Source of the DNA: Podarcis melisellensis
Lineage: Eukaryota
NCBI GenBank assembly: GCA_964234715.1
Contig: OZ174277.1
Direction: 5' to 3' (one strand)
Length of the DNA stretch: 64,000 bases
Positions 38,111 through 51,210 of the stretch are shown piece after piece. Every line of letters begins with the position of its first letter. The stretch's first letter is position 1. The notes beneath the pieces were generated by a model that was not told where the DNA came from, searched no databases, and saw nothing but the letters and a program-made list of their open reading frames with translations. The position numbers and the translations under genes are program-made.

Positions 38111-40372
38111 CTTCAGCTCTCTGGTCCTCATACTGCCCATACAACTGGAACCCAAACACAGTCAATTTAAGGGGGGAGCAGGGTGCTGCACTATTAAAAA
38201 TTACCTTTCTCTCTGTTCCACTGATAAGATTCCTTCTGTAAGTAGACAGTCACTAGTAAGAGTTTTGCCTCTGGTACAAGGACATAATTGGTGTCTTCAA
38301 GCTAATAACAAAACCTCACCCCAGTCCCAACCAACCAGAAATACTTCATAAATTCAATTACTTAAAATGGATTATTATTTGTTTCATCAACCAAACCGCA
38401 GAGGAAGGTTTCTATTTCCACACATTTCTGGGAATAAGCCCTACAGAACAAAATGAGACACATAGCATTGTACGGTAAGTGATCATTTTGAATTTTTAGC
38501 TGTAGAATGGGAAAAGCCGAATGAGTACGTTGGGTTTGTGTTTTTTTTAACTTAAGTGGCCTATTAAGTATCATGAAACCTTAGAACATCATCTTCACCC
38601 GTGCCAACTTCCATGCCTAATTTTAGAGAGATGTGAAAACAATGTCAAGTAGCAATTTGCTCAAACTTCAATTAATCTTTCTTTGCTAACAGTACACTAC
38701 TTGGCCATGAAAGCATCATGTTACAAGAAGCACTCAGTCACAACAGAACTGAAGTGATTTATTTAAAAACCTTCCCTGCTTGTATGCTACCACAAGAATG
38801 AGCTGTGCTGGTTAATATTGTATTGGCTAGACACACTTTGGGGCTGCATTGTTGCATTAGTTTTGCTGGTTATAATGCTAGCACTTCTGTCCTGATTTTT
38901 AATGTTCCTTTTACACTGCAGGCTGTGTAACTGAACTGTGGCTTTTTGAATGACATACTGCTTTGCTGTGCTAAATTTTAAAGGGCAGAAAATATAAATA
39001 TTAAAACATTAACAGTGGAATTTGAATTGCTTATTTCCCCCAACTTATGTGGTCCTTAAGCCTAAGGTCCCAAAAGTCTACCGGGGGGGGGGGGCACACA
39101 TGAAAGAGAATGAACTTGAAGAAGAATGAGAAATTATTAGAAGTTCAACACTGATACAGACTTAATTGGCATTTTGTTCACCCAACAATTATGGAAATGG
39201 CTTCTACAGGGCCAGCACACCCATGAGGCAGAGTGAAGCAGACATCTTAGGCAGTGCTTTTTCCTAGAAAAATAGGTGCCGGTATTCACCATGAAGTTGT
39301 TAGAGTAAGTGCCACACTGTATAACAACAACAAAAAGAGGTGCCTGTACTGCATACCATTGAGTACCCCCTGAAAAAAACTGGCAGGTGGCAGAATTCCC
39401 TGAGATGGCACCACTGCAAGCACCCTGCCTGCCCCATCACAGCTAGAGTCGTAATGCAGGCATCAGCACTGATTTCCGCTGAATTTTTGCGAGATCTTGC
39501 CAAAATTTCATGAGACTGTGTCAGAATCTGCCATTAGAGCTGCTTTGTACCGCTACTGCACAACTTAGGGAAGAGAGGCTTTGGTGAAGGCGGCGTGGCA
39601 CAGGAGCGCCACCATGTCATGGCCGCACCTCTCATTTCACCTCAAGTGTCAAAATGGGATGCACCGGCCCTGGACTTCAAGGTGTAGTTCAAAGATCACT
39701 CAACTAATTCAGTGAACTTTGTTAAACCAAACTACTTCATTCCAAGCACTTCACAGAAATATCAAAACTGTGTTTTCATGATTACATATGTTAAGGCATC
39801 ATATTCTTAACAACTCTTAACTCGATTTGACTGGTTAAGAAAAGAATCCTCCATTATCATGAACACACAAATAATTAGTAGGGACCATGATTAGCATATA
39901 ATGATGGAGACACTGGTATTTTATACTGAAAGTACTTTGTTATATGGTTCGTTATGTTCTCAGTCTAAATGGGATCTGCCCTGTCTAAAAATACATCTCT
40001 AATATCCCTATATTTTCTTCAGACTAAACTACCAAATACAATAGCTATTATGTGTAACACAGGATATGCTTCCCCCTGTCCCCCGTCTACTGATAATTGA
40101 GAATGGATGCATATACAAAAACGAACAAATATCCATATCAAATCTGAGTTCATCACGTCACATGCTGATTTGTAGAGCGGTTATCGACAAGCTGCCTATG
40201 AAGTCACATAGCCTTTGTCACTAGAGGGAGTCCTGATCACACAGCATGTTCGGTAAGGCAAAACAAAAGGAATGAAAGGATGAGAAAACTGCCAGAAAAA
40301 AAGATTGCAGGCACTTTTGAATGTTTCTACAGATTTCATCGTAAGAAATGTTTAAACAAAACATGCCTGTTG

Positions 40373-40405
<33 letters not shown>

Positions 40406-43400
40406 CCATCAACCAGCATGACTAAAAGTCAGGCGGGAGGGAAGTTCTTGCCCAGGAACATCTGCAGGGCCACAGGTGAGTCACACCTGCTGTAAAGGCT
40501 GCAGAGACAAGGCAAAACAAACCATTATGTAGCAGACAAGTACAATACAGTAGACTTTTGGTAGCTTTTTCTTTTTTTCTAAGCAGATAATGGATTCTAC
40601 AAAATATAGTGGGAAAAGTTCTAAACTCTTTTCCCTAGGGGGTCATTCTGATCAATAGGAGGGAAAGATATTCCACAACAGATAATGGGTGTAATGAATA
40701 AAACAGTTTCCAATGTAAGTGCATGAAAAATAATTATGTGGGCTGTCCAAATGCATAAGATTTGAATGTTTAGCCAGCCTGACCCATTCCAGTGGCTGTT
40801 TCAATTTAAGGTCTCACATTAAATGCAAAGGAGCTTACTGGGAGATGCTGATACACGGAAAAACACTCACTCTGAAGACAATTTAAGACCTGCAGCACAC
40901 AAACAACTGAACTTTACACAAGGGCAAAATTTTACAACTATAATTTGTACTGGCAAGGAGAGAACGAGGAAATGGGGTAATGTTTGGCTTGGCATTCCTT
41001 ATGGTTATCCATGAGCAAAAGTCTATTTAAACCTTGCGAGCAAATCATTGTAACATTGCAATGTGGCAATGCTGCTGACTCATTAATTCTACCTAACAAC
41101 CTAAGGCAGTTAACACTTTTGTTATCCCAACGAAGTCAGCATAAATAGCCTTTTAATAATCTTCCAAGGTTACTTAATGTGCTACCAAACAATGTATACT
41201 CAGTACAACCTATTTTCTTTGAACTAAAGCAGAAAGTTTAATTTCAGTTTGCCGAACTTATAGCATTCAGTCCAGGAGCAGATCTGCAGGTAGAAATATG
41301 AAATGCATCTTGGAAGATTATGCTGTGAACAACCCAGACACTGAAACCAGTAAGTTACTTAGGCCCTCCAGATGTTTTTAGACCCCAATTTCCATCATTG
41401 ACCCAACCACTGACCATGCTGACTAGAGCAGATGGGACTTGGAGTCCAAAAACATTTGGAGGCCCAAAACACCCCTCACCCTGCACGATACAGCCTCATA
41501 TTGTTAAATAATAAAGTGGAGGTAAAGCTCAATGGTTCAGTCTGATCTCACCACAATTCCCAGCTCTGCCTGTGTCAGTCAGAAGGTATTTCAAGAAACA
41601 ATGCCCTCAGCTATTCTCTGCAGTATAATTGCACAGATACTGATAAAATGAAAGCAAATCAAACAAGGCCTGACGGACAGACAGACTTTTGTTACTGGTG
41701 CGCATCCACATTATACAAAGAATAGAATGAGTCATGCCTATTGGGCAAAAAGAGTTTAGGGGATAGATGCCAGAAAGGTCACAGTGCCCTACACCAGCTT
41801 ATTCAAAATAGTATGAAGACTGCTGTGCACCTTCACTGGCTGGCACATGTCAGCTTTCGAACCAAATCATTACAAGAAACAGTTCTCTTAGAGGAGAAAC
41901 ACTACAGGTTTCTGGTTAAAGAAAAATAGTGACCCAAAAATTGAAGTTGGACATGTGCACAGCAAGAGTAAAGTGCCCCCAAAAATTTTAGGCTGGTATC
42001 AACACGGCCAGTTCGACGCCAGCTCATCAGTACTAAGTACATTTGTCACCCACAGACAGTTAGGAAAGGCAACCAGGCACTTCCATGAATCATTTGAAAT
42101 GGACTGTTACATTTATGTCTATTAGCCTGTCTCCCTTTAGCAGCAAATTCTAAAGCCCCACATGCTGCAAATTCTGTAAATCCTTCCTCATCACCAAAAA
42201 ATGATGCGTTTTTAAAGGACCTATATTGTACTTAGGCCTTTGCCAGCACATGGGCAGTCTGAGATTTTTTTCCCCTCAAGTGCTACACAAAAACACAGGG
42301 CAAATGTAGTCTAATAAAAGTTCTTTGACTGCAATACTTCTAACCATGTCTAACTGAACAAAGTTACATATAACAAAGCAATGGGCTATGAACACATTAT
42401 GTAATGCAATACTGTATTAATAAACAATCCATGTACTCCTGCCAGCGCACTTCAGGGTAGGTCCCCTTTAAAGATGATGACTCATGTGTACAGCTAAAAC
42501 TAGGTCATCAGGAACAGCAGTCTTGAGCCAAGGAACCAGTTGGGTGAGGGGAACACCACACACACACACACACACACACACACTATAACCCAAGAGGTGG
42601 GAACACATTATGTTGCCAGGAAACACAAATAAGGAAAGGCCTCACTTCATTCAAATTTTCTCACAGACTAGTGAATAGCAAAAGAACCCAGTATACTTTC
42701 TAGCAACATGCACAATATGAATATAATGTAATTGTCCATTTCCCGATGTCTTATCTATATTATGATGGTGATGATGATTTTACTTGTGCAGACATTTTAT
42801 AACTTTGCAGGTCTAGAGAGAAAAAAAAAAACATTCTGTTGACTCCGCAAGACTTTGCCAGAGCCCAGGCTTCCATCCATACCAACATGCTTTAGAGGGA
42901 AGATAGCAAAATAGACTGTCGTAACGTACAGAGTTCAGTCTCCATTGCAACTGTGGCTTGCGGATGCCTTTCTGCTGAATCTGCAGATTGCTAAGAGCCA
43001 CAGTGATGAACTATAATGTGGAAGGTAGCCATTCAGCCAAAAGCTGTCATTTTCCCAAGCTTATCCTATGTAGAAGTCTTTAATCATCTGCTAAGATAAA
43101 AGCAAGATCCATTTCCTAAACTTGGCAAGCAAAAAAATGTGAACGTGCTCATTTCAAACCCATTAAATGCAACAATTATAATATTTCAGATTTTCATTTT
43201 TAAGGCAAAATAAATAAAGTTTTTGCTATCTTTCAGTTATTTAACGAATATTTTGCACTCCTTGTGGTACAAGTGAGCTCGGGGGCATATTTTTATAGGC
43301 ACAACTTGCATATGGAGCATCTACATATGCTTTTCAAAGTTCCCAGTGCAAAGTCAAGATGCTGTATTGAAGTTCACATCAAGTTTGATGAAATTCACTA

Positions 43401-43432
43401 AATAATTCAGAGGGGGCCAATAAGAATATGCA

Positions 43433-43560
43433 AAGCATGAGACTCTAAATCTCAGGGTCGTGGGTTCAAGCCCCACATTGGGCAAAAGATTCCTGCATTG
43501 CAGGGGGCGGACTAGATGACCCTGATGGTCCCTTCCAACTCTATAATTCAATGATTCTAT
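43433..43560 (+). mobile_element. SINE with tRNA-Lys-like head (5' eroded) and CR1-derived tail
   Basis: AGCATGAGACTCTAAATCTCAGGGTCGTGGGTTCAAGCCCCACATTGGGC resembles tRNA-Lys(CTT). Tail agattcctgcattgcagggg..ggactagatgacc..tcccttccaactct..atgattctat. Confidence 0.82.
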
Positions 43561-44017
43561 AACCCTCCTAAGATGTATAAGAAAATATGGCCCAAGTCAT
43601 TAGGTGGTACAATGCAGGCAGAGGCAGAGCTAGCTGCTCCAGCACCCGGAGTGGCCCGCAGGGGTGGGGCTAGCTGCCTGCGGGGGTACACCGCCGCCGG
43701 GCGTCCCAGGGGATGCACTGCAACGGTGCATGTCCCGGGGGGGGGGGCTGCCTGCAGCGATGTCACTCCCCCTCAGGGATGGCACTCGGGGCAGACTGCC
43801 CCAATCACCCCCACCTTTCTCCACTACTGAACACAGGTATGAGCATATATCCTGGCCATGGGATTTCTCATTTTCCATGCAATTGTGAATGGTTGTTGTA
43901 TTTACTATGTGCATGAACATCAGCTGATTCACAACAGCTGTCAGCTTAGAAATTTGTGGTCACAAATCTTCAAAGTCCAGTTAGGTATACCACAGCTCTC
44001 TGCTGCAATCATGTCTA

Positions 44018-44142
44018 TAAGGTTACCAGATTTTTTTCCAATGAATCCGGGGATACTTTTCAACTTCAATGGATTTTGTATGGGGACTGATTTGTAAATC
44101 CGGGGACTGTCCCCAGGAAAACGAGGATGTCTGGTAACCTTA
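44018..44142. mobile_element. Short MITE, hAT-like TIR
   Basis: TIR TAAGGTTACCAGA / TCTGGTAACCTTA with internal ccggggac repeats; no clear TSD. Confidence 0.65.
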
Positions 44143-45578
44143 TTCTAGAACACTTTGGTGTAGCTTTCCACACAAATGGTCAACAGATGTAATATGTCTC
44201 AGGAATAAAACCACTCTTGACTTTTGTACTGTACAGTACTTTCTGCTAAAGAGATTCCTAGTCAGATTAACAACCATCCCTTCTACAGGTCAGAAAATTC
44301 CACACACACTCTTCAGAGGTGCAAGAGAGGTGAATCATTTACCATGAGATACATGTTTAGAGGATTCTTACAGGTGTTATAGTGCCACACTCTCCTTTGC
44401 CCAGTATTTAATAGCAGTTTTGGAAACCGACAATTAAAATAAGTAAAAAATGAAGTTTGCCTTTTCTGTGGAAATTCCGCCGTTGCTGCCGCAATCTTAA
44501 AAGCAAAACAAAGCCTAAACAAACAACAGCTTTGGCAATAGTGACATTCCTTTGATTAGGCTGAATGCTCAACTCCTTCAAAATAAAAACTATTAGAAAA
44601 ATATTTATTTTTACAAAGGGTCAAAGGAAAAATATAATTTTTCCAGAGGGAAGCCAGATGTTTAGTTTCTTCTCCTCCAAAAGCGATACTTTTGCTGATA
44701 AATAACATTTAGTCACTGTTTTTAAAAAGGTTCGTGTTTCACTTCCTCTACTTTAAAGATCCACATCACAACATTTAAGCCAAGTATTCCATGCATGTTG
44801 AAATCGTTCCATGTACTTTTGTAGGAGAAAAAGAGACAAGAAGCATTTTCCTAGTACAAGCATAGATGTTAAGGCATTCAGATATAAAATGCTGCTGCTC
44901 AACAAGTCATTATTAATTTCAGTAGCTAGTAGTACTAGTAGTTCTAGTAGTACTAGTTGGTACTTGTTTACATCAGCAGCCCAGTATATGCTTTGCTATA
45001 CTTGTACAGGTTCTAGGTTACCCCACTCATCTCAGTAGAGGTAGCAGCTCTGCTTATTCTATTCTAATGAACAACAAAGACATCGGAAGTGAGGGGGACT
45101 TTGTGGGTGCACATCTAAGACCCTGCAAAGGGTTTGGAAGAGATGCTAATAATTGCCTGTGATTTGGAGTTGTGCATACCCTGTTTTTGTGAAAAAGTGT
45201 CCCTGAAAATGCAGCAGAAAAACATTAAGAGAGCTAGAAGATAAACATGAAATGTCTGGGTCTTGTGGGTACTGAAACATGATAGATCTTAAAGGGGAAG
45301 AGGAAGAGACATTTTCTGCAGAAAAAAAGAACACCTCCTTGGTTCTCCTAAGTCTATATTTCAATTTGTAACACACATGCTTTTCAGTGGGGAATGCAAT
45401 GAAAATTTACATCACTTTCAATACATCCATATCTCACAGTGAAGCTTAGCCTATATGGTTTTTATATGAGCTTCAAGAACAGAACAGTATATGATTTTAA
45501 AGTCAATCAGTTCTTGTTTAAGCACTTGTGGATCCAGTCACCAATTTGAGGATTTAAAAATGCACACTCATTTTGAAT

Positions 45579-45828
45579 TGCAGATCTGAATATTTCTTGT
45601 GCATTCATGTTTTGAGTGTGATGTCATAGCCACACCAGAGATTTAAAGCACATGACTTCCCCCAAAGAATCATGGGAACTGTTGTTAAGGATGCTGGGAA
45701 TTGTATCTCTCTGAGAGGTAAACTACAGTTCCCAGGATTCTTTGGGGGAAGCCATGTGCTTTAAATCTCTGGTGTGGCTATGACCTCACACTCAAAACAT
45801 GAATGCACAAGAAATATTCAGATCTGCA
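45579..45828. repeat. Long inverted repeat (104-bp arms, 3 mismatches, 42-bp loop) around a palindromic MITE core
   Basis: Arms 45579-45682 and 45725-45828 are reverse complements by manual comparison. Confidence 0.9.
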
Positions 45829-45940
45829 TGGCAATTCAAACCACTCCATGGATATTTGTGGATATCCAAAGATGCAGGAAGGCAGCATTATGGAAATGAA
45901 AGATGTTTCACATAACATATATATATATATACATATATGA

Positions 45941-46062
45941 GTCCAGTAGCACCTTAGAGACCAACTAAGTTTGTTCTTGGTATGAGCTTTTGTGTGTGGA
46001 CAATTTATTTATTTTTTATATATATTTCTACTGTGTCAGACCAACTCAGCTACCTACCTGAA
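45941..46062. mobile_element. Penelope-like fragment, same family as 30024-30258
   Basis: tccagtagcaccttagagaccaactaagtttgttcttggtatgagctt plus inverted cagaccaac..gctaccta.ctg. Confidence 0.65.
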
Positions 46063-46259
46063 CCTATCTCTAGATTAGGTAGAGAGTTAGGAGAAAGCAC
46101 TATTAAAAGATTAATCCTGTCCTACAGAAATTTGCTTTTAAAAAGCTTCATACATTTAATTGAACTCACTTCTTAAGGCACACAAAATGCTGCTACTACT
46201 AATAGAGAGCAGGCAGTTACTGAATCAAACTACGAAAAGCAGTTTACACTGTTTCTATA

Positions 46260-46613
46260 CAGTGGTACCTCAGGTTACATACGCTTCAGGTTAGACTCCG
46301 CTAACCCAGAAATAGTGCTTCAGGTTAAGAACTTTGCTTCAGGGAGCCAGCTCAGCCCAGCGGTCCCATCGAGCAGAGCATTAGCTTAGATCCCCTAATC
46401 GCTTCCAGCGGTTTGAGATCCGCGGGCGCTGCCTGGCTTTTTTTTTTTTTAAAAAAAAGAACTTTGCTTCAGGATGAGAACAGAAATCGTGCTCCAGTGG
46501 TGCGGCGGCAGCAGGAAGCCCCATTAGCTAAAGTGGTGCTTCAGGTTAAGAACAGTTTCAGGTTAAGTACGGACATCTGGAACGAATTAAGTACTTAACC
46601 TGAGGTACCACTG
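46260..46613. mobile_element. Tc1/pogo MITE family A, interrupted by a retroposed insert
   Basis: Complete TIRs and TA flanks; colinear with 7391-7615 except for the insert at 46344-46456 and its TSD. Confidence 0.9.
46344..46456 (+). pseudogene. Vault RNA (vtRNA) retrocopy
   Basis: 5' AGCCAGCTCAGCCCAGCGG..TCGA (A-box-like) and 3' GGTTTGAGATCCGCGGGCGCT.CCTGGCTTTT match the conserved vtRNA ends. Terminal stem AGCCAG/CTGGCT; T13 then A tail; 17-bp TSD AAGAACTTTGCTTCAGG. Confidence 0.85.
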
Positions 46614-47720
46614 TACATACATAAAACTGCTACATTCAAAGGGCGCAGGAAAACTTGTAAGATCCAAAACTTGAAGGAAGTTCATTTTGAAAGCTATCTT
46701 GTGCACATGAACATAAACACACAATAAGCAAAAATAAAAGTATACTTGATGAGATGAACACAATGGAATGTTAGATACCCTTGTCCAGCTAGATCTCAAT
46801 TTTGTTCGTTTAACCTGCACTGTTTGGCTGGCGCCATAAACAATATTTAGATATAACTTTATGCTTCCCAACAGATGCCACTTTCCATTTGATTATTTTC
46901 AGTTAAGGAAGTGCAAGAAAGATTATAAAAATCAATGAAGAACTTATGCAAGTTTACACATAAGGCAAGCAAGTCATGCTCAGTGCACATCTCGACAAAT
47001 TTACAAATATCCCTTATGTTGTGGATTAGGCTGTAATCCTTACCCCACTTTCCAGTGAGTAAGTAGCATTTACGTCTGAGCAGACTTTGTTAGGACTCTG
47101 CATCAAAGGCTTTTGAAAAAAAGAGGAGTACAATTACTGTGCAGAACTACAACTCAAAAATGCAGACTATGCAACTGTAACTTCATAAGATGCTTTCAGT
47201 GATACACACGATACAATATACAATTTTGTGACTAGCTTGAGGGAAATGGGGATGGGGTTAAGTAATTAATTTATGTCTGTAGCCATATCTGTAACTGTTA
47301 TAACAAAGCAAACATATGCCTCCATTTCACCTTTGCTGTGTGGGTGGGGGGATACTGAAGACAGTTTCACCCACATACAGGATACTTAACACAAAACAAC
47401 AGATGTGCAATAATCACAAATGTCCATTCATTTCCTTTATGTCAGCAAATACAAGCAGTTGCTAATTAAGAATCTCTATCTATTGGATACAAAAGGAAGT
47501 TTACACATTTCCCTGGTCATTTTGAAATAGAAGATGGAGACAATAGAAAATGTCACAGGAAGAGAGCAATCTGCTTCCCTGCAACTACCATGTCTTAGCG
47601 AAGTTATCTTTTCCCTTAAAACTGTTTTACACTGACTAAGGAAGAACAACTACAATAAAATACTAACTGCAAAAATGTAAGATCAGAACAGTTAGGAGCT
47701 GTACAATTCCGTCTTGCCTT

Positions 47721-47829
47721 CCTACAACTACGTGGGGTTCCCAGAAGGTCTCCCACACAGACAATGGCAGGATTCCAGACCTGCTTAGCTTCAACAAGGT
47801 GACTGCATTGCATGTTCTCAGAGCATGGC
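47721..47829 (-). pseudogene. Degenerate 5S rRNA-derived sequence (5S pseudogene or 5S-SINE head)
   Basis: Minus strand reads GCCAT..GAAGCTAAGCAGG....GGGAGACC..CTGGGAA..GT.GTTGTAGG, colinear with the 5S internal control region. Confidence 0.7.
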
Positions 47830-48637
47830 AATAGATTTCAGCTCAGGGGTTGGAATTCTGAACTCCTCAAAAGAGCAGGTAGCTGTTGGATGCTGTGGAC
47901 CATAATTGGAGGCCTCCTTAGAGAGGTTTCAAGTTCCATCATGGTTGCTGATCTGCCTCGTGTCCTAAGGTCAAAAAGTGGGTGTTCCAGGGGAATGACA
48001 AGGGAGGATTAGGGGACGCTTTGGATCTGCAGAATCCATAGGCCCCTCATCCCCCAAACATGCTTATGGAATAGGCGATGGGGGGCTATGCCAGCCTTGG
48101 AGTTGGTGTGGCTATTTTGCCTGCCACTGGAACAAAAAATTAAAATTAACCCAACATTTAAAAGAGGAACCAGCAACAAAAAGGCAAGGGGCTAGAAAAA
48201 GCCACATATAGACACCAATTCTGTCCTGGCCCCAGCAGGGCTTTGGAATTGACAGCCCATTGGGTCAGACTCCTTTCCGTTCCCCAACCTCTGAAGGACG
48301 GCTCTATCCAAAACTTCAATAATTTCCCACAGAAATAAAGTGAGACTTAAGGTGTTGGCCTTTCTGTTTGTACTCAGCAGCTGGCTGCAATCCAGATATT
48401 TGGCATGTCCTGTGTGGTCTATTTTGCCTTTTTTTTTTAACTAGTATGTCAGGCTATGGCATGTCAAGCTATGCCCTACTACAAAAGCATATTGAACTAA
48501 TAGTTTTTTTAAACAACAACAACAGTGGTCACTTCAGTTTAGGAATCCAACAGCTTATGAAGCTCTGGCCCATTTTGGCCCAGTGCAGCCAATGGCCTCA
48601 TTCATACTGACCTTCTCAGAATATACACACTGTATAT

Positions 48638-48720
48638 ACCGTATTTTTCGCTCTATAGGATGCACTTTTTCCCCTCCAAAAATTAAGAGGAAATGTGTGT
48701 GCGTTCTATGGAGCGTAGGC
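48638..48720. mobile_element. Tc1/pogo-type terminal fragment; a second similar end lies at ~49232-49262
   Basis: TA|CCGTATTTTTCGCTCTATAGGA occurs twice in the region. Confidence 0.5.
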
Positions 48721-49897
48721 AGGGTCCTTGGCTTCAGCAATAGCAATGTGAAGCCTCTGAAGTGCAGAGGGAGCGCTCCCTCCACGCTGAGGCTTCGTGT
48801 TGCTTTCGCAGGGATAGCTGCCTGAAGCCTTTGGAGCACAGTGCGAACTCGCACTGTGCTCCGAAGGCTTCGGGTTCCTTTTGCTGAAGCCGGGAGAGCA
48901 ACACTCTCCCAAACACTTTGCTGTTCTCTTCATGATGCGCTTCAATAATACAAGAAATAAATTGTGGTTTCCCATTTCTGCTGAACAAGATGACTATGGT
49001 GACCAACTTTGAAACAAACCAGAATCTTAAAATTTCAAACTGTGGCTTTAAGATCATGGTTTGTTCTGAAGCTGGTGGTTATAGTTTCCTGGTTTAGAGA
49101 AATGGGAAACTGTCATTAATTAAGCCTTTCTGATTTTATTCTTCTAATTAGTAAAGCACTTGCTTGCCAAAATGGCTCCCTAAGTGGTTTAGAAGTAGAA
49201 AACGGATTATTAAAAATATAGCTATGGTGTGTACCATATTTTTCGCTCTATAGGACGCACCCGACCAGGAAACCAGGAAACTCTAAACCAGGAAACTGGG
49301 AGTACTGGATATGGTGAAAGTGTGCAACTCCACTGTCCACTCACATCTGTTAGGAGTGGTCTAAGGCTCCTTAAGGCACAATGCGCGCACACACACACTA
49401 TCAACCCAAACATTATGGGACTCCCTACTAAGTTGTCTGTTAAACCTGAGATTACTAATTTCAAGTTCCGCACAGGAATTATATTTAAAGATTATATTTA
49501 GCTCTAAAGTGTGGCTGTTAAACTCAGGATTCCCCCATGTCTACTGCTCTGGAGTTTTGTATAAGGGGTAGTCTATAAGTAAAAGTAAATAAATAAATAT
49601 GGAAAGCACAGTTCCCATCAGCCATAACCAGGCTGTAATTAAAATACATTTCCTGACAAAATACAAATATTGGTTTGGATCCAGAGAAGGGCTCCTTTCA
49701 TTTCTACAAGAAGTTGTGACTCAGTAGAAGCTGCTACTCATGTATGGGGGAAAAGAAGCTGAGTTTTTACCAATTCCCTCTTCCCCAGCAGTCCCCAGCA
49801 CCACCTCCCATGCTCTTACAAAGGGTCCTTCAATCTTCTGGAGAAGATTTTCAGAGATTTGCAGGGGAATCAGCAAAAACGACTTCCTTGTCCCTTT

Positions 49898-50183
49898 CTG
49901 AGGTCCAGCGCCGAGGGCCTTCTGGCGGTTCCCTCACTGCGAGAAGCCAAGTTTCAGGGAACCAGGCAGAGGGCCTTCTCAGAAGTGGCGCCCGTTCCGT
50001 GGAACACCCTCCCACCAGATGTCAAAGAGAAAAATAACTACCAAACTTTTAAAAGACATCTAAAGGCAGCCCTGTTTAGGGAAGCTTTTAATGTTTAATA
50101 GGTTATTGTATTTTAATGTTTTGTTGGAAGCCACCCAGAGTGGCTGGGGGGACCCAGCCAGATGGGTGGGTCCTAAATAATAA

Positions 50184-50237
<54 letters not shown>
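49898..50237 (+). mobile_element. L2-clade LINE 3' end with (TAT)n tail
   Basis: ORF end ..AFSEVAPVPWNTLP..FKRHLKAALFREAF typical of L2; 3' UTR followed by a long (ATT)n run. Confidence 0.85.
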
Positions 50238-50760
50238 TCTGTGAGCTGAACTTTGCTCATGTAAACTGCGGACCCATAATGCTTAAAGGTACACAGCAGC
50301 AACCTTAGATGGTAAAGTAAAATACTGTCAAATAATTAGCATAAAAACAACAAGTTGTAAATTTATTTAATTTACACCACACAGTAGTAAAATAAAGTGG
50401 TTGGAGAGATGTGGATATTATTAAGTGTATTATTTCTGCAGAACTCCTAGCTAAAAGGTTTCAGAACTTCCTTGAAATGTGTGATTAATTACAATGATAA
50501 TCCTTCTCATCCAAAGGATAGTACGACTGCACTAATTCTCACCAGATGTAAGTTATGGAAGGCATTAATTTAACTGCTGCGCCACCAAAAATCTGGGAAT
50601 GAAAATGCTTATAAGTAAGGCTGTAAACATAGTTGAATTCTCACTTTCATTATTAAAACCATTATGACAGACTTAAAAAGAACCCGCAACGCCATCATAT
50701 ATTTTAGTTCTCAACACATTTTTAAGGCATGAGAAGGCCTAATGGCAAATAAGTTACAGC

Positions 50761-51210
50761 CAGGGTTCGAAATTAGCCGGGTGCCAGACACATTTTGCAC
50801 CTAAAGATTCTCCATTTGTGAAAAGTCCAAAAGTCTAGGTGCCATTTTTTTGCACCTGGCTGACACTCAAGAATTACTGAAATGAATGTGCTTTGAAGCC
50901 TTGAAGTATATGTTAAGGATAGACAATACGATAAGGAATTTAACAATAAAGAGTACAGTGTTTTGAAAACTGAAGTATGATACCAATATTTTTATTATAA
51001 ACACCAAATTAAACATGTATTAACAATTTCTGGGGGAAAATGTGTCTCTAATGTAAATTGCATATTAATTCATGCTTATCAAAATAATAAATAAAAAGTG
51101 ATGACCCCCCGCACACACAAATGGTGGCTAGACATTCTGTTTTGGCACCTACAATCCAGATCCCAGGAGCCACTTGGCTCCTAGCTTTTCTGTCCCAGTT
51201 TCTAACACTG
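50761..51210. mobile_element. hAT non-autonomous element (450 bp)
   Basis: TIR CAGGGTTCGAAA / TTTCTAACACTG; perfect 8-bp TSD GTTACAGC. Confidence 0.8.

Noticed and set aside
50060-50302. Poly-Ile ORF
   Set aside because: Translation of the (ATT)n tail of an L2 element.
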